A stretch of 45,918 nucleotides of DNA from Oceanospirillales bacterium (GTDB lineage Bacteria > Pseudomonadota > Gammaproteobacteria > Xanthomonadales > SZUA-38), in contig QIKT01000076.1 of NCBI GenBank assembly GCA_003233095.1, positions 1-45,918 of the forward strand, given 5' to 3'. Both the position numbers and the translations under genes were made by a program. Every line of letters starts with the position of its first letter. Position 1 is the stretch's first letter. The notes under the pieces are model-generated. The model was not told the origin of the DNA. It made no database searches and saw nothing but the letters and a program-made list of their open reading frames with translations. Shown one piece after another: positions 20,299-32,808 of this stretch.

Positions 20299-21160
20299 TG
20301 TTCTGTACCTGTTCTCGCATCTGTTCGATCAGGACCTTCAAATCCACCGAAATTCGCGAGGTACGAGCATCGACGGATTTTGAACCCAGCGTGTTGGCTT
20401 CCCGGTGCAATTCCTGCATCAGAAAGTCGAGTCGACGGCCGACCGGTTTGTCCTGGACCAGGGTGCGTTCGACCTCGCGGACATGCGCTCCAAGTCGATC
20501 GATCTCTTCGGCGATGTCCATTTTCTGCAGCAGCATCGCCAATTCCTGCTCCAGTCGATCCGGGTCGATTCGAGTGGTCAGTTGCTCGACTTTTTCCTGT
20601 AGACGCTGTTGCGCCAGAATCCGCAGTTCTGGAAGCAAACCGGTCACCTCATCGGCCAGTGCAGAAACCTCGGTCAGGCGTTCACGTATCATGCCTTCAA
20701 GCTGCTGTCCCTCACGCTGTCGCATGGCCTTCAGTGAGGTCAGCGCGGTGTGCATCAGGGTTGCGACTGCTTCGCTGAGTGCATCGATGTCCAGCGCTGG
20801 TTCATCGACCAGTCCCGGCCACTGAAGCCAATCGCTCAATCGGGCCGGTTCGGCGTTTGGAAACAGGCTTGCGGCCTTGTCGGAGAGGTCTGACAGGGCG
20901 GTGGCCAATGACTCGTTGAGCATCAGCGAGGATTGCCCTGTACTGTGATCGCGTGACAGGCGCAGGTTGATATCCAGCTTGCCTCGTGACACTGCTGACT
21001 TGACCGCGTTGCGGATCGTCGGTTCGATGCTGCGAAGACCTTCTGGCAACTTCAGGGACATTTCCAGGTATCGGTGGTTAACACTGCGCACTTCAAGGCT
21101 TAGAATACCGGCGTTGAAGTGGCCGCTGGCAGCGGCAAACGCCGTCATGCTGTAGATCAT
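20291..21160 (-). CDS. yicC: YicC/YloC family endoribonuclease
   Basis: [40 protein letters not shown] and [11 protein letters not shown]; start moved to 21160. Confidence 0.95.
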   Translation of the reverse strand: MIYSMTAFAAASGHFNAGILSLEVRSVNHRYLEMSLKLPEGLRSIEPTIRNAVKSAVSRGKLDINLRLSRDHSTGQSSLMLNESLATALSDLSDKAASLFPNAEPARLSDWLQWPGLVDEPALDIDALSEAVATLMHTALTSLKAMRQREGQQLEGMIRERLTEVSALADEVTGLLPELRILAQQRLQEKVEQLTTRIDPDRLEQELAMLLQKMDIAEEIDRLGAHVREVERTLVQDKPVGRRLDFLMQELHREANTLGSKSVDARTSRISVDLKVLIEQMREQVQNIE

Positions 21161-21286
21161 TACTGTGTCTGGCCTGTACATGAGGTCGGTGTCCATGGTA
21201 ACAGTCACTCAGGATTCAGAACAGGTCCGACCCTTGTGGGTCAGATCGTCAACATCCCGACCATGGGATCATCAGGGAACTCAAAC

Positions 21287-22006
21287 ATGACGCGACACGA
21301 CGGTCGACAGACCGATGAACTTCGCGAGGTCCGGATCGAAACCGGTTACACCATGCACGCCGAAGGCTCGGTGCTGATCAGCTGCGGCAATACAAAAGTG
21401 TTGTGTAATGCCAGCGTTGAAGATCGGCTGCCCCCTTGGTTGCGCGGCGCGAAACAAGGCTGGGTGACCGCTGAATACAGCCTGCTGCCTCGATCTACAC
21501 ATACGCGAAACCAGCGAGAGGCATCGCGCGGCAAACAGGGTGGCCGCACTCTGGAAATCCAGAGGTTGATTGCCCGCTCGTTGCGCGCGGTGGTTGATCT
21601 GGAAGCGATTGTCGATCAGAGCATCACCGTGGATTGCGATGTGCTGCAGGCCGACGGTGGCACACGGACCGCGTCGATCACCGGCGCCTACGTTGCTCTG
21701 GTGCTGGCCACTCGCTGGCTACAATCAGAGGGTCGTATCAAGCGCGATCCCATTCATGGTTCTGTGGCTGCCGTGTCGGTCGGAATCTGCGGGTCTCAGC
21801 CGGTGCTGGATCTGGATTACGTCGAAGATTCGAACGCCGAGACAGACATGAATGTGGTCATGAACGAGGCGGGTGCCTTCATCGAGGTGCAAGGCACCGC
21901 AGAAGGCCATGCCTTCCAGCGCAGTGAACTGGATCAGATGCTGGAGTTGGCAGGTTCAGGCATCACTGAGTTGATGGTCTGTCAGCAGGCGGCGCTGGAT
22001 GCCTGA
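21287..22006 (+). CDS. rph: Ribonuclease PH
   Basis: [24 protein letters not shown] and [11 protein letters not shown]; start at ATG 21287. Confidence 0.97.
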   Translation: MTRHDGRQTDELREVRIETGYTMHAEGSVLISCGNTKVLCNASVEDRLPPWLRGAKQGWVTAEYSLLPRSTHTRNQREASRGKQGGRTLEIQRLIARSLRAVVDLEAIVDQSITVDCDVLQADGGTRTASITGAYVALVLATRWLQSEGRIKRDPIHGSVAAVSVGICGSQPVLDLDYVEDSNAETDMNVVMNEAGAFIEVQGTAEGHAFQRSELDQMLELAGSGITELMVCQQAALDA

Positions 22007-22610
22007 TTGGTCGACTACCACCTGGGTGCTGGCTAGCGGCAACGCCGGCAAGATGCGCGAATTTCAGCAGCGGTTGGCCCCTCTGGGTATCACCTTGTTG
22101 CCGCAGACCGATTTTTTTCAGGATGAGGTCGAGGAGACCGGGCTGACCTTTATTGAAAACGCCATTCTCAAGGCACGTGCGGTGGCCCGGGTATGTGAGT
22201 ACCCGGTGCTGGCGGATGATTCCGGTCTCAGGGTTGAAGCGCTCGGCGGCGAACCGGGCGTATTTTCCGCGCGCTATGCTGGCGAACCACGCAGCGATGC
22301 CCGAAACAATGCCGCACTGCTCGAGGCCATGGCAGGTGAGTCAGATCGAGCGGCTAGTTTTTGCTGCGCTCTGGCACTGTTGCGTGGCCCGAGCGATCCA
22401 TTGCCGCTGATTGTTCAGGCGCAGTGGCATGGCGAGATTCTTGAGGCGCTATCGGGTGCTGACGGATTTGGCTACGATCCGTTGTTCCGGGTGCCGGAGA
22501 TGGCCTGCAGCAGCGCGCAGTTATCGGCCACTGACAAGAATCGACTCTCGCATCGGGGGCTCGCCATTGATCAGCTGCTGGCGCAGTTAACTGAATCAAG
22601 CCGCTCATAA
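21999..22610 (+). CDS. rdgB: dITP/XTP pyrophosphatase
   Basis: ASGNAGK, ENAILKA, ADDSGL, FGYDP and SHRG. Confidence 0.96.
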   Translation: MPDWSTTTWVLASGNAGKMREFQQRLAPLGITLLPQTDFFQDEVEETGLTFIENAILKARAVARVCEYPVLADDSGLRVEALGGEPGVFSARYAGEPRSDARNNAALLEAMAGESDRAASFCCALALLRGPSDPLPLIVQAQWHGEILEALSGADGFGYDPLFRVPEMACSSAQLSATDKNRLSHRGLAIDQLLAQLTESSRS

Positions 22611-23777
22611 ATGAGTGATCCGAGCACGCCTCTGACACCGCCTCCGCTGTCGCTATATCTGCATTTCCCCTGGTGTGTCCGCAAATGTCCTTATTGCGAC
22701 TTTAATTCGCATCAACGCAGCGGCGACTTGCCTCAGACCGAATATGTCGATGCCCTGATCACTGATCTGGAGCTGGATCTGCCTCATGTCTGGGGCCGTA
22801 GTATCTACAGCATCTTCATGGGCGGGGGCACGCCCAGCCTGTTCTCGCCAGAACAGATGGATCGATTGCTGTCAGCAGTGCGTGCGCGAATCCCGATTCG
22901 CCCGGATGCAGAGATCACCATGGAAGCCAACCCGGGGACGCTTGAATATGCGCCCATGGATGAATATCGGGCGGCTGGTATCAACCGTTTGTCGATCGGT
23001 GTGCAAACCTTTGATGATGCGCTGCTGTCGCGAATCGGGCGCATTCATTCATCAGCCGAAGCGGCTAGTGCGGTAAGCCGGGCACAGAGAGGTGGTTTTG
23101 ATCGAATCAACATCGACCTGATGTATGCATTGCCTGGGCAATCACTCGGGCAGGCTCTGTATGATGTTCGCATGGCACTGGATTTGGGGGTTGAACATCT
23201 GTCGCATTACCAGCTGACCATTGAGCCGAATACCCTGTTTCATGCCAAGCCGCCCGTGCTGCCTGGCGATGACGATGCCTGGACCATTCAGGAGCAGTGT
23301 CAGGCAAAGATTCAAGCCGCCGGGCTGGTTCAATATGAGGTCTCGGCCTATGCCCGGCCTGGCCAGGCCTGCCAGCACAACCTGAACTACTGGCGATTTG
23401 GTGACTATCTGGGGATTGGCGCCGGTGCGCATGGCAAGATCACATCGGGATCTTCGCAGCAGGTGATTCGGACTACGCGGCAGAAGCATCCGACCGCCTA
23501 CCTGGCCTCTGCCGGCACCGAGAAGGCTGTCATCGAGCGACGAGCACTGACTCAATCCGATCTGAGATTCGAGTACATGCTCAATGCAATGCGCATGAAC
23601 GAGGGGTTCGAGATCGATCACCACCAGCAGGCAACCGGTCTGATGCTGGATCAGGATCAGGCGCCCTGGCCGTCGCTGCGAGCCGATGGTCTGATTGAAC
23701 AGCAAGGCTTGCAGATCAAGCCCTCAGCGCGTGGCCGTCAATATCTGAATGAAATCACAGAGCGCTTTTTAGACTGA
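22611..23777 (+). CDS. hemW: Radical SAM heme chaperone HemW
   Basis: LYLHFPWCVRKCPYCDFNSH, GGGTPS and HNLNYW; follows rdgB. Confidence 0.95.
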   Translation: MSDPSTPLTPPPLSLYLHFPWCVRKCPYCDFNSHQRSGDLPQTEYVDALITDLELDLPHVWGRSIYSIFMGGGTPSLFSPEQMDRLLSAVRARIPIRPDAEITMEANPGTLEYAPMDEYRAAGINRLSIGVQTFDDALLSRIGRIHSSAEAASAVSRAQRGGFDRINIDLMYALPGQSLGQALYDVRMALDLGVEHLSHYQLTIEPNTLFHAKPPVLPGDDDAWTIQEQCQAKIQAAGLVQYEVSAYARPGQACQHNLNYWRFGDYLGIGAGAHGKITSGSSQQVIRTTRQKHPTAYLASAGTEKAVIERRALTQSDLRFEYMLNAMRMNEGFEIDHHQQATGLMLDQDQAPWPSLRADGLIEQQGLQIKPSARGRQYLNEITERFLD

Positions 23778-23785
23778 GAAAATGC

Positions 23786-24283
23786 TCAATCGCTGTCGAT
23801 CAGGCCCTGCTTGATGTCTTCCTCTTTCCAGACCACCAATTTCCAGTCAGCTCTACGAGGGCCATCGGCCTTCAGCCCGATGAAATATCGCTTTCCGGAC
23901 ACGAAATGATGCGTGAGAGAGGAAGCTCGGCTGCGCGACAGGTCACGGCTGATCCCGCGCACGAAGCTACGATCGACAATGGCGCGAGCCTTGATCGTGT
24001 GAGTGCCCGGCGTGATACGCCGAATCGGCCGATCCACCCGCATCCGTTTCAGGTCATTGTTGTCGACGAACCCTACGGTTTGCTCTTTGCCATCGATATT
24101 GTAGATTTCCACCGGAAAAATGGCTTCAGCAAGTCGACTGTCACCTGTCTGCAGGACCGCATACCGCTGTCCGGCCTGAGGGCCGCCATGCTGGGCGCAG
24201 GAGATCAGTGTGGCAGCGAGCAGCAAGACCGTTCCGAGTCGTGCAACTAGCAATCGAGCTGTGAGTCTGGATTCTGGGTTCAT
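23786..24283 (-). CDS. Hypothetical lipoprotein
   Basis: Hydrophobic leader with LISC lipobox; GGAG RBS upstream. Confidence 0.75.
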   Translation of the reverse strand: MNPESRLTARLLVARLGTVLLLAATLISCAQHGGPQAGQRYAVLQTGDSRLAEAIFPVEIYNIDGKEQTVGFVDNNDLKRMRVDRPIRRITPGTHTIKARAIVDRSFVRGISRDLSRSRASSLTHHFVSGKRYFIGLKADGPRRADWKLVVWKEEDIKQGLIDSD

Positions 24284-24472
24284 CGTTTACTCCGCAAGTC
24301 ATTCAAGGCATGTGTCTGACATATGGACCGTCGATGGCCCAAAAGAGTTGCATGACCGGTATCAATCATCGATCAGTTCCATATCTCTGAATAGTCATTG
24401 TGAGCAAACCGTTGCAGCATAGCCTCAATGATTGAGCCTGGCGCCTTGATTGGTTGGGCAGGGTTAGCCGGC

Positions 24473-25243
24473 TTAATCGCTTCGAACGATCGTGGTGGCC
24501 ATAGGCAGATGGTCGGACAGATCGATGTTGATGACGTCCACATCGATGGCCTTCAGACTTGGCGAGGTGAGAATGAAGTCGATGCTGCGCTGAGGGTTCC
24601 AGCTCGGAAAGGTATGCGAGTCGCACACTGCTGGAGTCAGGCCCGAGGCCTCCAGGAATTCCCTGATCTCCGGTGTGTCGGACTGGGCATTCAGATCACC
24701 CATCATGACCACATGGCGTTTGTTGGCGATCAGATCCGACAGGTACTCCAGTTGCAGCGCACGAGATCGTTTGCCCAGAGACAGATGCGAAACGATCACA
24801 TGAAATGCATCATCCCCCTCGCCGTAGCGAGCGACCAGTGCACCACGGCCTGCAATTCGGCCAGGGAGTTTGTGGTCGTGGACTTCATCGGGCAGGTATC
24901 GGCTGAGCAGCGCGTTGGAACTGGCCGCGATCTTGCCGACTTTTCGGTTGGCCTGCGTGCTCCAGTAGGGGAAGCGGGCTTTTTCAGCCAGATACTGAGA
25001 CTGATTGAGAAAGCCGGATCGAAAGCTGCCATTGTCGAGCTCCTGCAAGCCAACGATGTCGTACTCACTGATCAGTTCTGCGATGGATGCCAGGTTGGCG
25101 CTGCGTTCTGAATGCGGCATCACGTGTTTCCAGCTTTTGGTCACGTAATCACGGTAGTTGACGGTGGTGGTTCCAGCCTGGATGTTGAAGGTCAGAAATC
25201 GCAGGCGATCAACGCGCTGCTTGGTTTGTGGGTCGATCAGCAT
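24473..25243 (-). CDS. Endonuclease/exonuclease/phosphatase family protein
   Basis: TFNIQ, GLQE, GDLN, IDFI and SDHLP catalytic motifs. Confidence 0.92.
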   Translation of the reverse strand: MLIDPQTKQRVDRLRFLTFNIQAGTTTVNYRDYVTKSWKHVMPHSERSANLASIAELISEYDIVGLQELDNGSFRSGFLNQSQYLAEKARFPYWSTQANRKVGKIAASSNALLSRYLPDEVHDHKLPGRIAGRGALVARYGEGDDAFHVIVSHLSLGKRSRALQLEYLSDLIANKRHVVMMGDLNAQSDTPEIREFLEASGLTPAVCDSHTFPSWNPQRSIDFILTSPSLKAIDVDVINIDLSDHLPMATTIVRSD

Positions 25244-25284
25244 TCAGGTGGATGGACTCCCCTCCCATGAGCATGCAATGTACC

Positions 25285-25320
25285 AAAAAAACGGGCCGAT
25301 GACATGACATCATCGACCCG
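25285..25320 (-). terminator. Intrinsic terminator downstream of dsbA
   Basis: Minus strand CGGGTCGATGA-TGTCATG-TCATCGGCCCG followed by T7. Confidence 0.8.
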
Positions 25321-25348
25321 CAGTCGCTTATTATTTTCAGCCGACGTG

Positions 25349-26050
25349 TCAGTCGCTGATGACAGTATCTGCGTTGTCAGTGGAACTCGCCTGCGCGGTC
25401 TCTATGGCATTGCGTTCTATGTCGATCAGGTAATTGACGACTTCAATCGCGCGTTGGGCACTGCCAGCCATGGATGCGGTGGTCAGATACTTGCCGTTCA
25501 CCACCACTGACGGGGTGCCGGTGATGCCATAGCCCTTGGTCATGCTGATTCCGCGCTTGAGCTTGGTTTCGATCGCAAAGGATTGCGCCGTTTTCAGGTA
25601 GTCCTCTTCGCTGATGCCATGCTCGGTCAGGAACTCGGCCATGGCTTCGTCGGTGGCCAGATTCTTGCGCTGATCGTGCAGGGCGTCGAAAATGGCGCCG
25701 TGTGCTTCTTCGGCCATTCCCAGGGCATCAATGGTGTAATAGGCTCGCGCCAGCGGAGCCCATTGAGGCCGGCCAAAAACGACGGGCTGACGACGGAAAT
25801 CGATGTCGTCACTGATGGTTTCCAGCCATCCATCAATGAACGGCTGAAAGCTCTTGCAGTGCGGGCACATGTAGCTGAAGACTTCGACAACTTCGATCAT
25901 TTCGGGATTGGCTGTCGGCTGTGCCGGGCTGATGATGGTGTAGTGCTGTCCGGCCTTGAATGCCTCCACTTGAGGGGCAAGCTGTGCTTGAGCGGTGGTC
26001 ATCGTGACGCAAGTTGCCGTCAGAGCCAGAAAGCTGAGCAGTTTGTTCAT
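25349..26050 (-). CDS. dsbA: Thiol:disulfide oxidoreductase DsbA
   Basis: Signal peptide, EVFSYMCPHC and cis-Pro loop GTPS. Confidence 0.92.
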   Translation of the reverse strand: MNKLLSFLALTATCVTMTTAQAQLAPQVEAFKAGQHYTIISPAQPTANPEMIEVVEVFSYMCPHCKSFQPFIDGWLETISDDIDFRRQPVVFGRPQWAPLARAYYTIDALGMAEEAHGAIFDALHDQRKNLATDEAMAEFLTEHGISEEDYLKTAQSFAIETKLKRGISMTKGYGITGTPSVVVNGKYLTTASMAGSAQRAIEVVNYLIDIERNAIETAQASSTDNADTVISD

Positions 26051-26119
26051 GTAGGTCGTACTCCAGAGTTTAAAGTTATGCGCTGATTATAACAGACGGT
26101 CGTGTGAACGGAGACTGAA

Positions 26120-26770
26120 TCATGGGCTCTCGTTGACCGCTGCGGCCAGTCGTTGGCGTTCCATACTGACCAGGGTTTCGATCACTTCGGTGGCTTCGGT
26201 CATGCCACCTGCCATCCGCGGGGACGTGATGTAACGTCCATTGACAATAATGCTGGGTGTACCGCTGAGCTGGTAACTGCTGGCGAGTCCTGCACTGCGT
26301 CTGACCCGGGTATCGACGGCGAATGACTGCCATTGATCAGCGTTGACTCCGTAGTCCGCGAAGAAGCGCAGTTGAGCCTCGCTGTCTGCCAGATTGATGC
26401 GTTGGCCATGGATGGCGTTGAAAATGGCCATATGGCTGTCGTCTATCACACCCAGTGCATCGGCGGCATAGTACATTCTGGTAGCTTCAAGCCAGCTGGC
26501 GTGTCCCAGAGCAACCGGCAATCGAGTCAGGGTCACATCTGACTGTTGATCGAGCCAATCATGCAATGGTTGTTGAAAGCCTGCGCAATGCGGACAGAAG
26601 TAGCTGAATGCTTCGAGGACTTCGATGCGATTTCCATCAGAGGTGGGCCCTGGTGTTTCCAGGCGGAGGTAGTGAACACCCTCTTGCCAGCTTGGGTTCT
26701 CGGCGTTGTTGTTCTGGGCAAGCAGTGATAGCGGGATGATCAGGATGATCAGTGACAGTATCAGGCGCAT
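26120..26770 (-). CDS. Second DsbA-family thiol:disulfide oxidoreductase
   Basis: Signal peptide, EAFSYFCPHC and GTPSIIVNGRY; start at ATG 26770. Confidence 0.9.
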   Translation of the reverse strand: MRLILSLIILIIPLSLLAQNNNAENPSWQEGVHYLRLETPGPTSDGNRIEVLEAFSYFCPHCAGFQQPLHDWLDQQSDVTLTRLPVALGHASWLEATRMYYAADALGVIDDSHMAIFNAIHGQRINLADSEAQLRFFADYGVNADQWQSFAVDTRVRRSAGLASSYQLSGTPSIIVNGRYITSPRMAGGMTEATEVIETLVSMERQRLAAAVNESP

Positions 26771-26839
26771 GGGTGTCTCCATATGAGCGGGCACAGGTCA
26801 CTGCAACCTGCTGGTTTTCTGGTTCAGAACCGCTCAGAC

Positions 26840-26870
26840 AAAAAAACCCCGAAAAGTTTCGGGGTTTTTT
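26840..26870. terminator. Bidirectional-looking intrinsic terminator after cytochrome c4
   Basis: A7-CCCCGAAA-AG-TTTCGGGG-T6. Confidence 0.85.
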
Positions 26871-26904
26871 ATAAGCGCGAGAATATCGTGCGATGCTCGT
26901 CGAT

Positions 26905-27531
26905 TCAGTACAGTCCAGAGATGTAGGATGCCAGGGCTTCGATTTCCTCATCAGTCAGACGTTCGGCGACCTTGGCCATGATGAGGTTCTCATCACGGCC
27001 AGTTCCCCAGACGGCACCGTCTCGAAAGGCTGTCAGCGTGGCCACCAGATACGCATCGAATTGTCCACCCAGACGAGGGAAGCCGCTGAACGGGATACCC
27101 AGGCCGTTAGGGCCGTGGCAACCGGCACAGGCAGCGATGTCGCGGGAGGCATCGCCACCCTTGTAGAGTGTGCGGGCCAGGTCGACTTGTTCGGGGTCGG
27201 CAGAACCATGGACCACGGTCTGGGACGCGTAGTAGGCTGAGAGATCTGCAATGTCCTGATCGGACAGGGTGGCAGCCACGCCGTACATGAGGGCATTCTC
27301 ACGGGAACCAGATCTGAACAGTGACAGCTGTCGCACCAGATAGTCTGAATGCTGACCAGCCAGTTTGGGCCAGATCGGATTGCCAACACCATTGCCATCC
27401 TCGCCGTGACAGGCGACACAGGTCGCTGTTTTGCTTGCGCCTGCTTCGATATCGCCTTCGGCAATGGCCGTCGACAGGTACAGGCACAGGGTCACGCCGA
27501 GCATCATGACATGCCAACGGTTCTTCATCAT
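26905..27531 (-). CDS. Diheme cytochrome c4
   Basis: Signal peptide; CVACH and CAGCH heme motifs; PKLAGQH and PRLGGQ; divergent from engB. Confidence 0.94.
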   Translation of the reverse strand: MMKNRWHVMMLGVTLCLYLSTAIAEGDIEAGASKTATCVACHGEDGNGVGNPIWPKLAGQHSDYLVRQLSLFRSGSRENALMYGVAATLSDQDIADLSAYYASQTVVHGSADPEQVDLARTLYKGGDASRDIAACAGCHGPNGLGIPFSGFPRLGGQFDAYLVATLTAFRDGAVWGTGRDENLIMAKVAERLTDEEIEALASYISGLY

Positions 27532-27617
27532 TCGACTCCCGGAGTATTTTTAAATATCAAGACTCGCTATTATGCCACGAACAATTCATCGAATCGACCA
27601 GTGATATTGACCAAGCC

Positions 27618-28262
27618 ATGACCGATAACATCTCCAACAGCCATGTTTCGATAAGCATGGACGAAATTACCCGTTTGCTGGCTACCGCAACTTACGTGAC
27701 CAGTTCGCACACTCTCAAGCAATTGCCAGCCGATCAGGGGATCGAAGTGGCTGTTGCCGGTCGATCGAATGCCGGCAAATCAACGGCGATCAATCTGCTG
27801 ACACGACAGAAGTCTCTGGCTCGTACCAGCAAGACGCCAGGCCGAACTCAGCAGATTATCAGTTTTGATCTGGATGCCGATCGACGGCTGATGGATTTGC
27901 CAGGATACGGATACGCCAAGGTGTCCAAGCAACTGCAGGAGCACTGGCAGCATACTCTGGGTCAATATCTGCAGCAGCGTCAGTGCCTGCGTGGTTTGCT
28001 GCTGATCGCGGACATTCGCCATTCGCTCAAGAGCTTTGATGAACAGATGCTTCGCTGGGCGTCTCAAGCTGGGCTCCCCTGTCTGTTGTTGCTCAGCAAG
28101 GCCGACAAGCTCAAACGTGGGCCGGCACTTGATCAGGCTGCAAAAGTGCGCAAGTTGCTCAAGGGCGTGGGAGTTGATACTGGCGTGGTGCCGTTCTCGG
28201 GCAAGTCAGGGACTGGCAAGGACGAGGTCTTCAAGACGCTGGCGGCCTGGTACTCCGGGTAA
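27618..28262 (+). CDS. engB: Ribosome biogenesis GTPase EngB/YihA
   Basis: GRSNAGKS, SKTPGRTQ, DLPGYG and SKADK. The start may be slightly downstream. Confidence 0.95.
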   Translation: MTDNISNSHVSISMDEITRLLATATYVTSSHTLKQLPADQGIEVAVAGRSNAGKSTAINLLTRQKSLARTSKTPGRTQQIISFDLDADRRLMDLPGYGYAKVSKQLQEHWQHTLGQYLQQRQCLRGLLLIADIRHSLKSFDEQMLRWASQAGLPCLLLLSKADKLKRGPALDQAAKVRKLLKGVGVDTGVVPFSGKSGTGKDEVFKTLAAWYSG

Positions 28263-28272
28263 CGACTCTCTA

Positions 28273-30858
28273 TCAGGTACCGCCGCTGTCGTTGATCGAA
28301 TGGTTGATCACGGCGTCCAGGTTCAGCTGGTCCATGCGAATGGGCTGTCCAAAATAATTGCCCTGCACGTAGTCGATCTGACTGTCACGTGCCGCTTCGA
28401 GGATCATCGAGGAGTCGACGTGTTCACCGATAGTCTTCAAACCCAGTGAATGGGCCATGTTGGCGATCGAGTTGACCATCGTTCTGTCGACTTCGTTATG
28501 CACCATGGACTGGACAAACATGCCGTCGATCTTGATGAAATCGACGGCCAGATGCTTCAGGTGCGAGAACGACGAGAAACCGGTGCCGAAATCATCCAGT
28601 GCAAATCGACACCCAAGCTTCTTGATTTCATTGATGAAACGACGGGCGTTATGCAGACTTTCAATTTCGGCCGTTTCGGTGATTTCAAAGATCAGCCGGC
28701 TGGCCAGCTCAGGCTTTTCGCCGATCGCCTCACCGATCGCTTCGAGGCTGGCCGGGTCCTGCAAGGTAAGGTTGGACAAGTTCAGTGTCAGGTGGATCAG
28801 GTAGCGAGCATCGTTGCGATTGTCGAGAAATTTCAGCGCATGTCGAATGACCCACAGATCGATTTCCTGAATCATCTGTACTCGCTCGGCCAGCGGTACA
28901 AACACGCTTGGCGAAATCCAGTCGTGGTCTCCGCCATGCATGCGAATGAGCGCTTCGAACACCAGTTCAATCCGTTGCTGGCTGCTGCCAGGGCCCCGCA
29001 CAACGGGAATCTGAAGCTGATTCGGGTTATCCCGTTTCCAGTTGACCGGGATATCCCGAAGCGGGACGATTGGCTGGATCAGCATGGTAAATTGATTGTT
29101 TCGCAATGCGGTCTTGAAGCGATCCGACCAGCCGTCTTCGATCTTGCGCGCCATTTGAGTGTCTTCGTCAGGCAAGTACAGATAGGTCTGGTCGCGTCCG
29201 CGTTTCTTCGCTGTTTCGCAGGCTTCCGAAGCTTGCCGCATGGCGTATTCGGCCGATGTGGTTGTGGATGCAATGATCACCACGCCGACTGAGGCGGCAA
29301 TCTGTCTTGGGTCGCCATTGTCAAGATAAGTCACTTCGGAGACGCTGGTTCGGTAGTTTTCGGCCACAGTAAACAGGTTGGCAAGCTGAATTCCGGAGAG
29401 CAGCAGAATGAAGGTATCTGCCTCGAAGCGGGCCAGCATGTCGCGATCGCGCAGCCCGGATGACAGTTTCTTGGCGACATCAGCGATGATCCGGTCGGCT
29501 TCGGCATGAGAGGTCGAATCGACCACTTCCTCGAACCGATCCAGGTCGATCCAGAGCAGGGCATGATGGGTATCGCTGTCCTGGGATGCAGAGACAGATT
29601 CTTCCAGATGGGTCATGAATTGCCGCTTGTTCAGTAGTCCGGTCAGCCCGTCATGACTCAACTCCCATTGCAGTTGCTCAACAGTCTTGCGTTCGGAGAT
29701 ATCCCGAAAGACGACGACCGATCCTTCGCGGGCCGACTCGATCGACAGTGGAAAGACCGTGCACTCGATTGGCAGTGTGACCTGATCACGAGTCTGGAAC
29801 ACGGTTTCGTGTGCGTTCAGGGTTTCGCCAGTGCGATAGCTGTGCAGCAGCGCGGCAATGGTGGGGTCCGAATCATCCAGGTCGCCGTGGAGAATGCTGC
29901 AGGCCGTCTTTCCGATCAGCTTTTGGCTACTCTCATATCCCAAAATAGTGATTGCTACCGGGTTGATGAAGCTGATTCGACCCTGCTCGTCCACGCCATA
30001 GACACCATCGCCGACCGAACCCAGTATGCCTTCCAGGCGGCTGCGTTCAGCCTCGACTGATTGCTGGGTCTGAATGGTCCGCGCCAGTGAGCTGACTCGA
30101 GTGATGAACAGCTCCTTTGCTTCATTCTTGAAAATACAGTCCGAAGCACCGGCGTCCAGACAGTTCTTGATGATCTCTTCTTTGTAGGTGCCGGTGATGA
30201 TGGCCATCTTGGGCGTCGGGTTCTTGTGCTCGGACAATGTGGCACACAGTTGATCACCGGTCCCGTCAGGCAGGTAGTAGTCGACGATCACCAGGTCAAA
30301 GTGGCTTGCCAATGCTATCGCGCGCGCTTTCGTCAGATCGCTGGCCAGCGTGACGGGAAACCCCATCGATTCGAGCAGTCGCGAGTAGACATAGCGAGCA
30401 CTTTGCGAATCATCGACGAACAATACCTTGACGTCGCGAAAACTTGGAGTGCGGGGCGGAATGATGGCCTGATTGCCCTGATCAGTGGGCTTGGGGACGT
30501 GTTGGTGAAGCGTGGCAAATTGCTTCCAGGGCACGGTGGTGCAGCGACCTCGTTGTTCCATCCAGGCTTCCAGCGAATGGACTGGGTTGTGCTGCAGAAC
30601 AATCACCGGGATTTCGGCGGCCTGCGGATTATTGCGCAGGAAGCCGAGAATGGGCTTGATCGGATTGGCAAACGGTTCGGGGATGCCCAGAACAATGGTT
30701 GAATAGACCGAGTCTGATGACACGTTCTCCCTCAGCAATGTCAATGCCTGGTCGAGCTGATTGATGACCGTAGTGGTCGAATGGCCTCCGGCATGCAAGG
30801 CTCGGATGAGCAGGTTGGACAGCGTTGAGGACTGCTCGATGATCAGAATGCCTGCCAC
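28273..30858 (-). CDS. REC(degenerate)-REC-PAS-GGDEF(degenerate)-EAL c-di-GMP phosphodiesterase
   Basis: Second REC domain FVDDS...IVDYYLPD; PAS with VVVFRDISERK; HDGLTGLLN with RFEADTF in place of GGDEF; FEALIRM, EITET, DDFGTGFSS and KIDG. Confidence 0.92.
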   Translation of the reverse strand: MAGILIIEQSSTLSNLLIRALHAGGHSTTTVINQLDQALTLLRENVSSDSVYSTIVLGIPEPFANPIKPILGFLRNNPQAAEIPVIVLQHNPVHSLEAWMEQRGRCTTVPWKQFATLHQHVPKPTDQGNQAIIPPRTPSFRDVKVLFVDDSQSARYVYSRLLESMGFPVTLASDLTKARAIALASHFDLVIVDYYLPDGTGDQLCATLSEHKNPTPKMAIITGTYKEEIIKNCLDAGASDCIFKNEAKELFITRVSSLARTIQTQQSVEAERSRLEGILGSVGDGVYGVDEQGRISFINPVAITILGYESSQKLIGKTACSILHGDLDDSDPTIAALLHSYRTGETLNAHETVFQTRDQVTLPIECTVFPLSIESAREGSVVVFRDISERKTVEQLQWELSHDGLTGLLNKRQFMTHLEESVSASQDSDTHHALLWIDLDRFEEVVDSTSHAEADRIIADVAKKLSSGLRDRDMLARFEADTFILLLSGIQLANLFTVAENYRTSVSEVTYLDNGDPRQIAASVGVVIIASTTTSAEYAMRQASEACETAKKRGRDQTYLYLPDEDTQMARKIEDGWSDRFKTALRNNQFTMLIQPIVPLRDIPVNWKRDNPNQLQIPVVRGPGSSQQRIELVFEALIRMHGGDHDWISPSVFVPLAERVQMIQEIDLWVIRHALKFLDNRNDARYLIHLTLNLSNLTLQDPASLEAIGEAIGEKPELASRLIFEITETAEIESLHNARRFINEIKKLGCRFALDDFGTGFSSFSHLKHLAVDFIKIDGMFVQSMVHNEVDRTMVNSIANMAHSLGLKTIGEHVDSSMILEAARDSQIDYVQGNYFGQPIRMDQLNLDAVINHSINDSGGT

Positions 30859-30907
30859 ATCATCCCCCTGATGGCGATGGAAAAGACCAGTGAGCTATCC
30901 TACCTAG

Positions 30908-32805
<1,898 letters not shown>

Positions 32806-32808
32806 TCG

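Noticed and set aside
24405-24455. CGTTGC...CATAGC...GCGCCTTGAT as a degenerate MITE core
   Set aside because: No TIRs and no matching long hairpin; too weak to call without a profile search.
24473-25243. EEP nuclease-fold gene as a defence component
   Set aside because: It sits in its usual housekeeping position downstream of dsbA, with no defence-type partners nearby.
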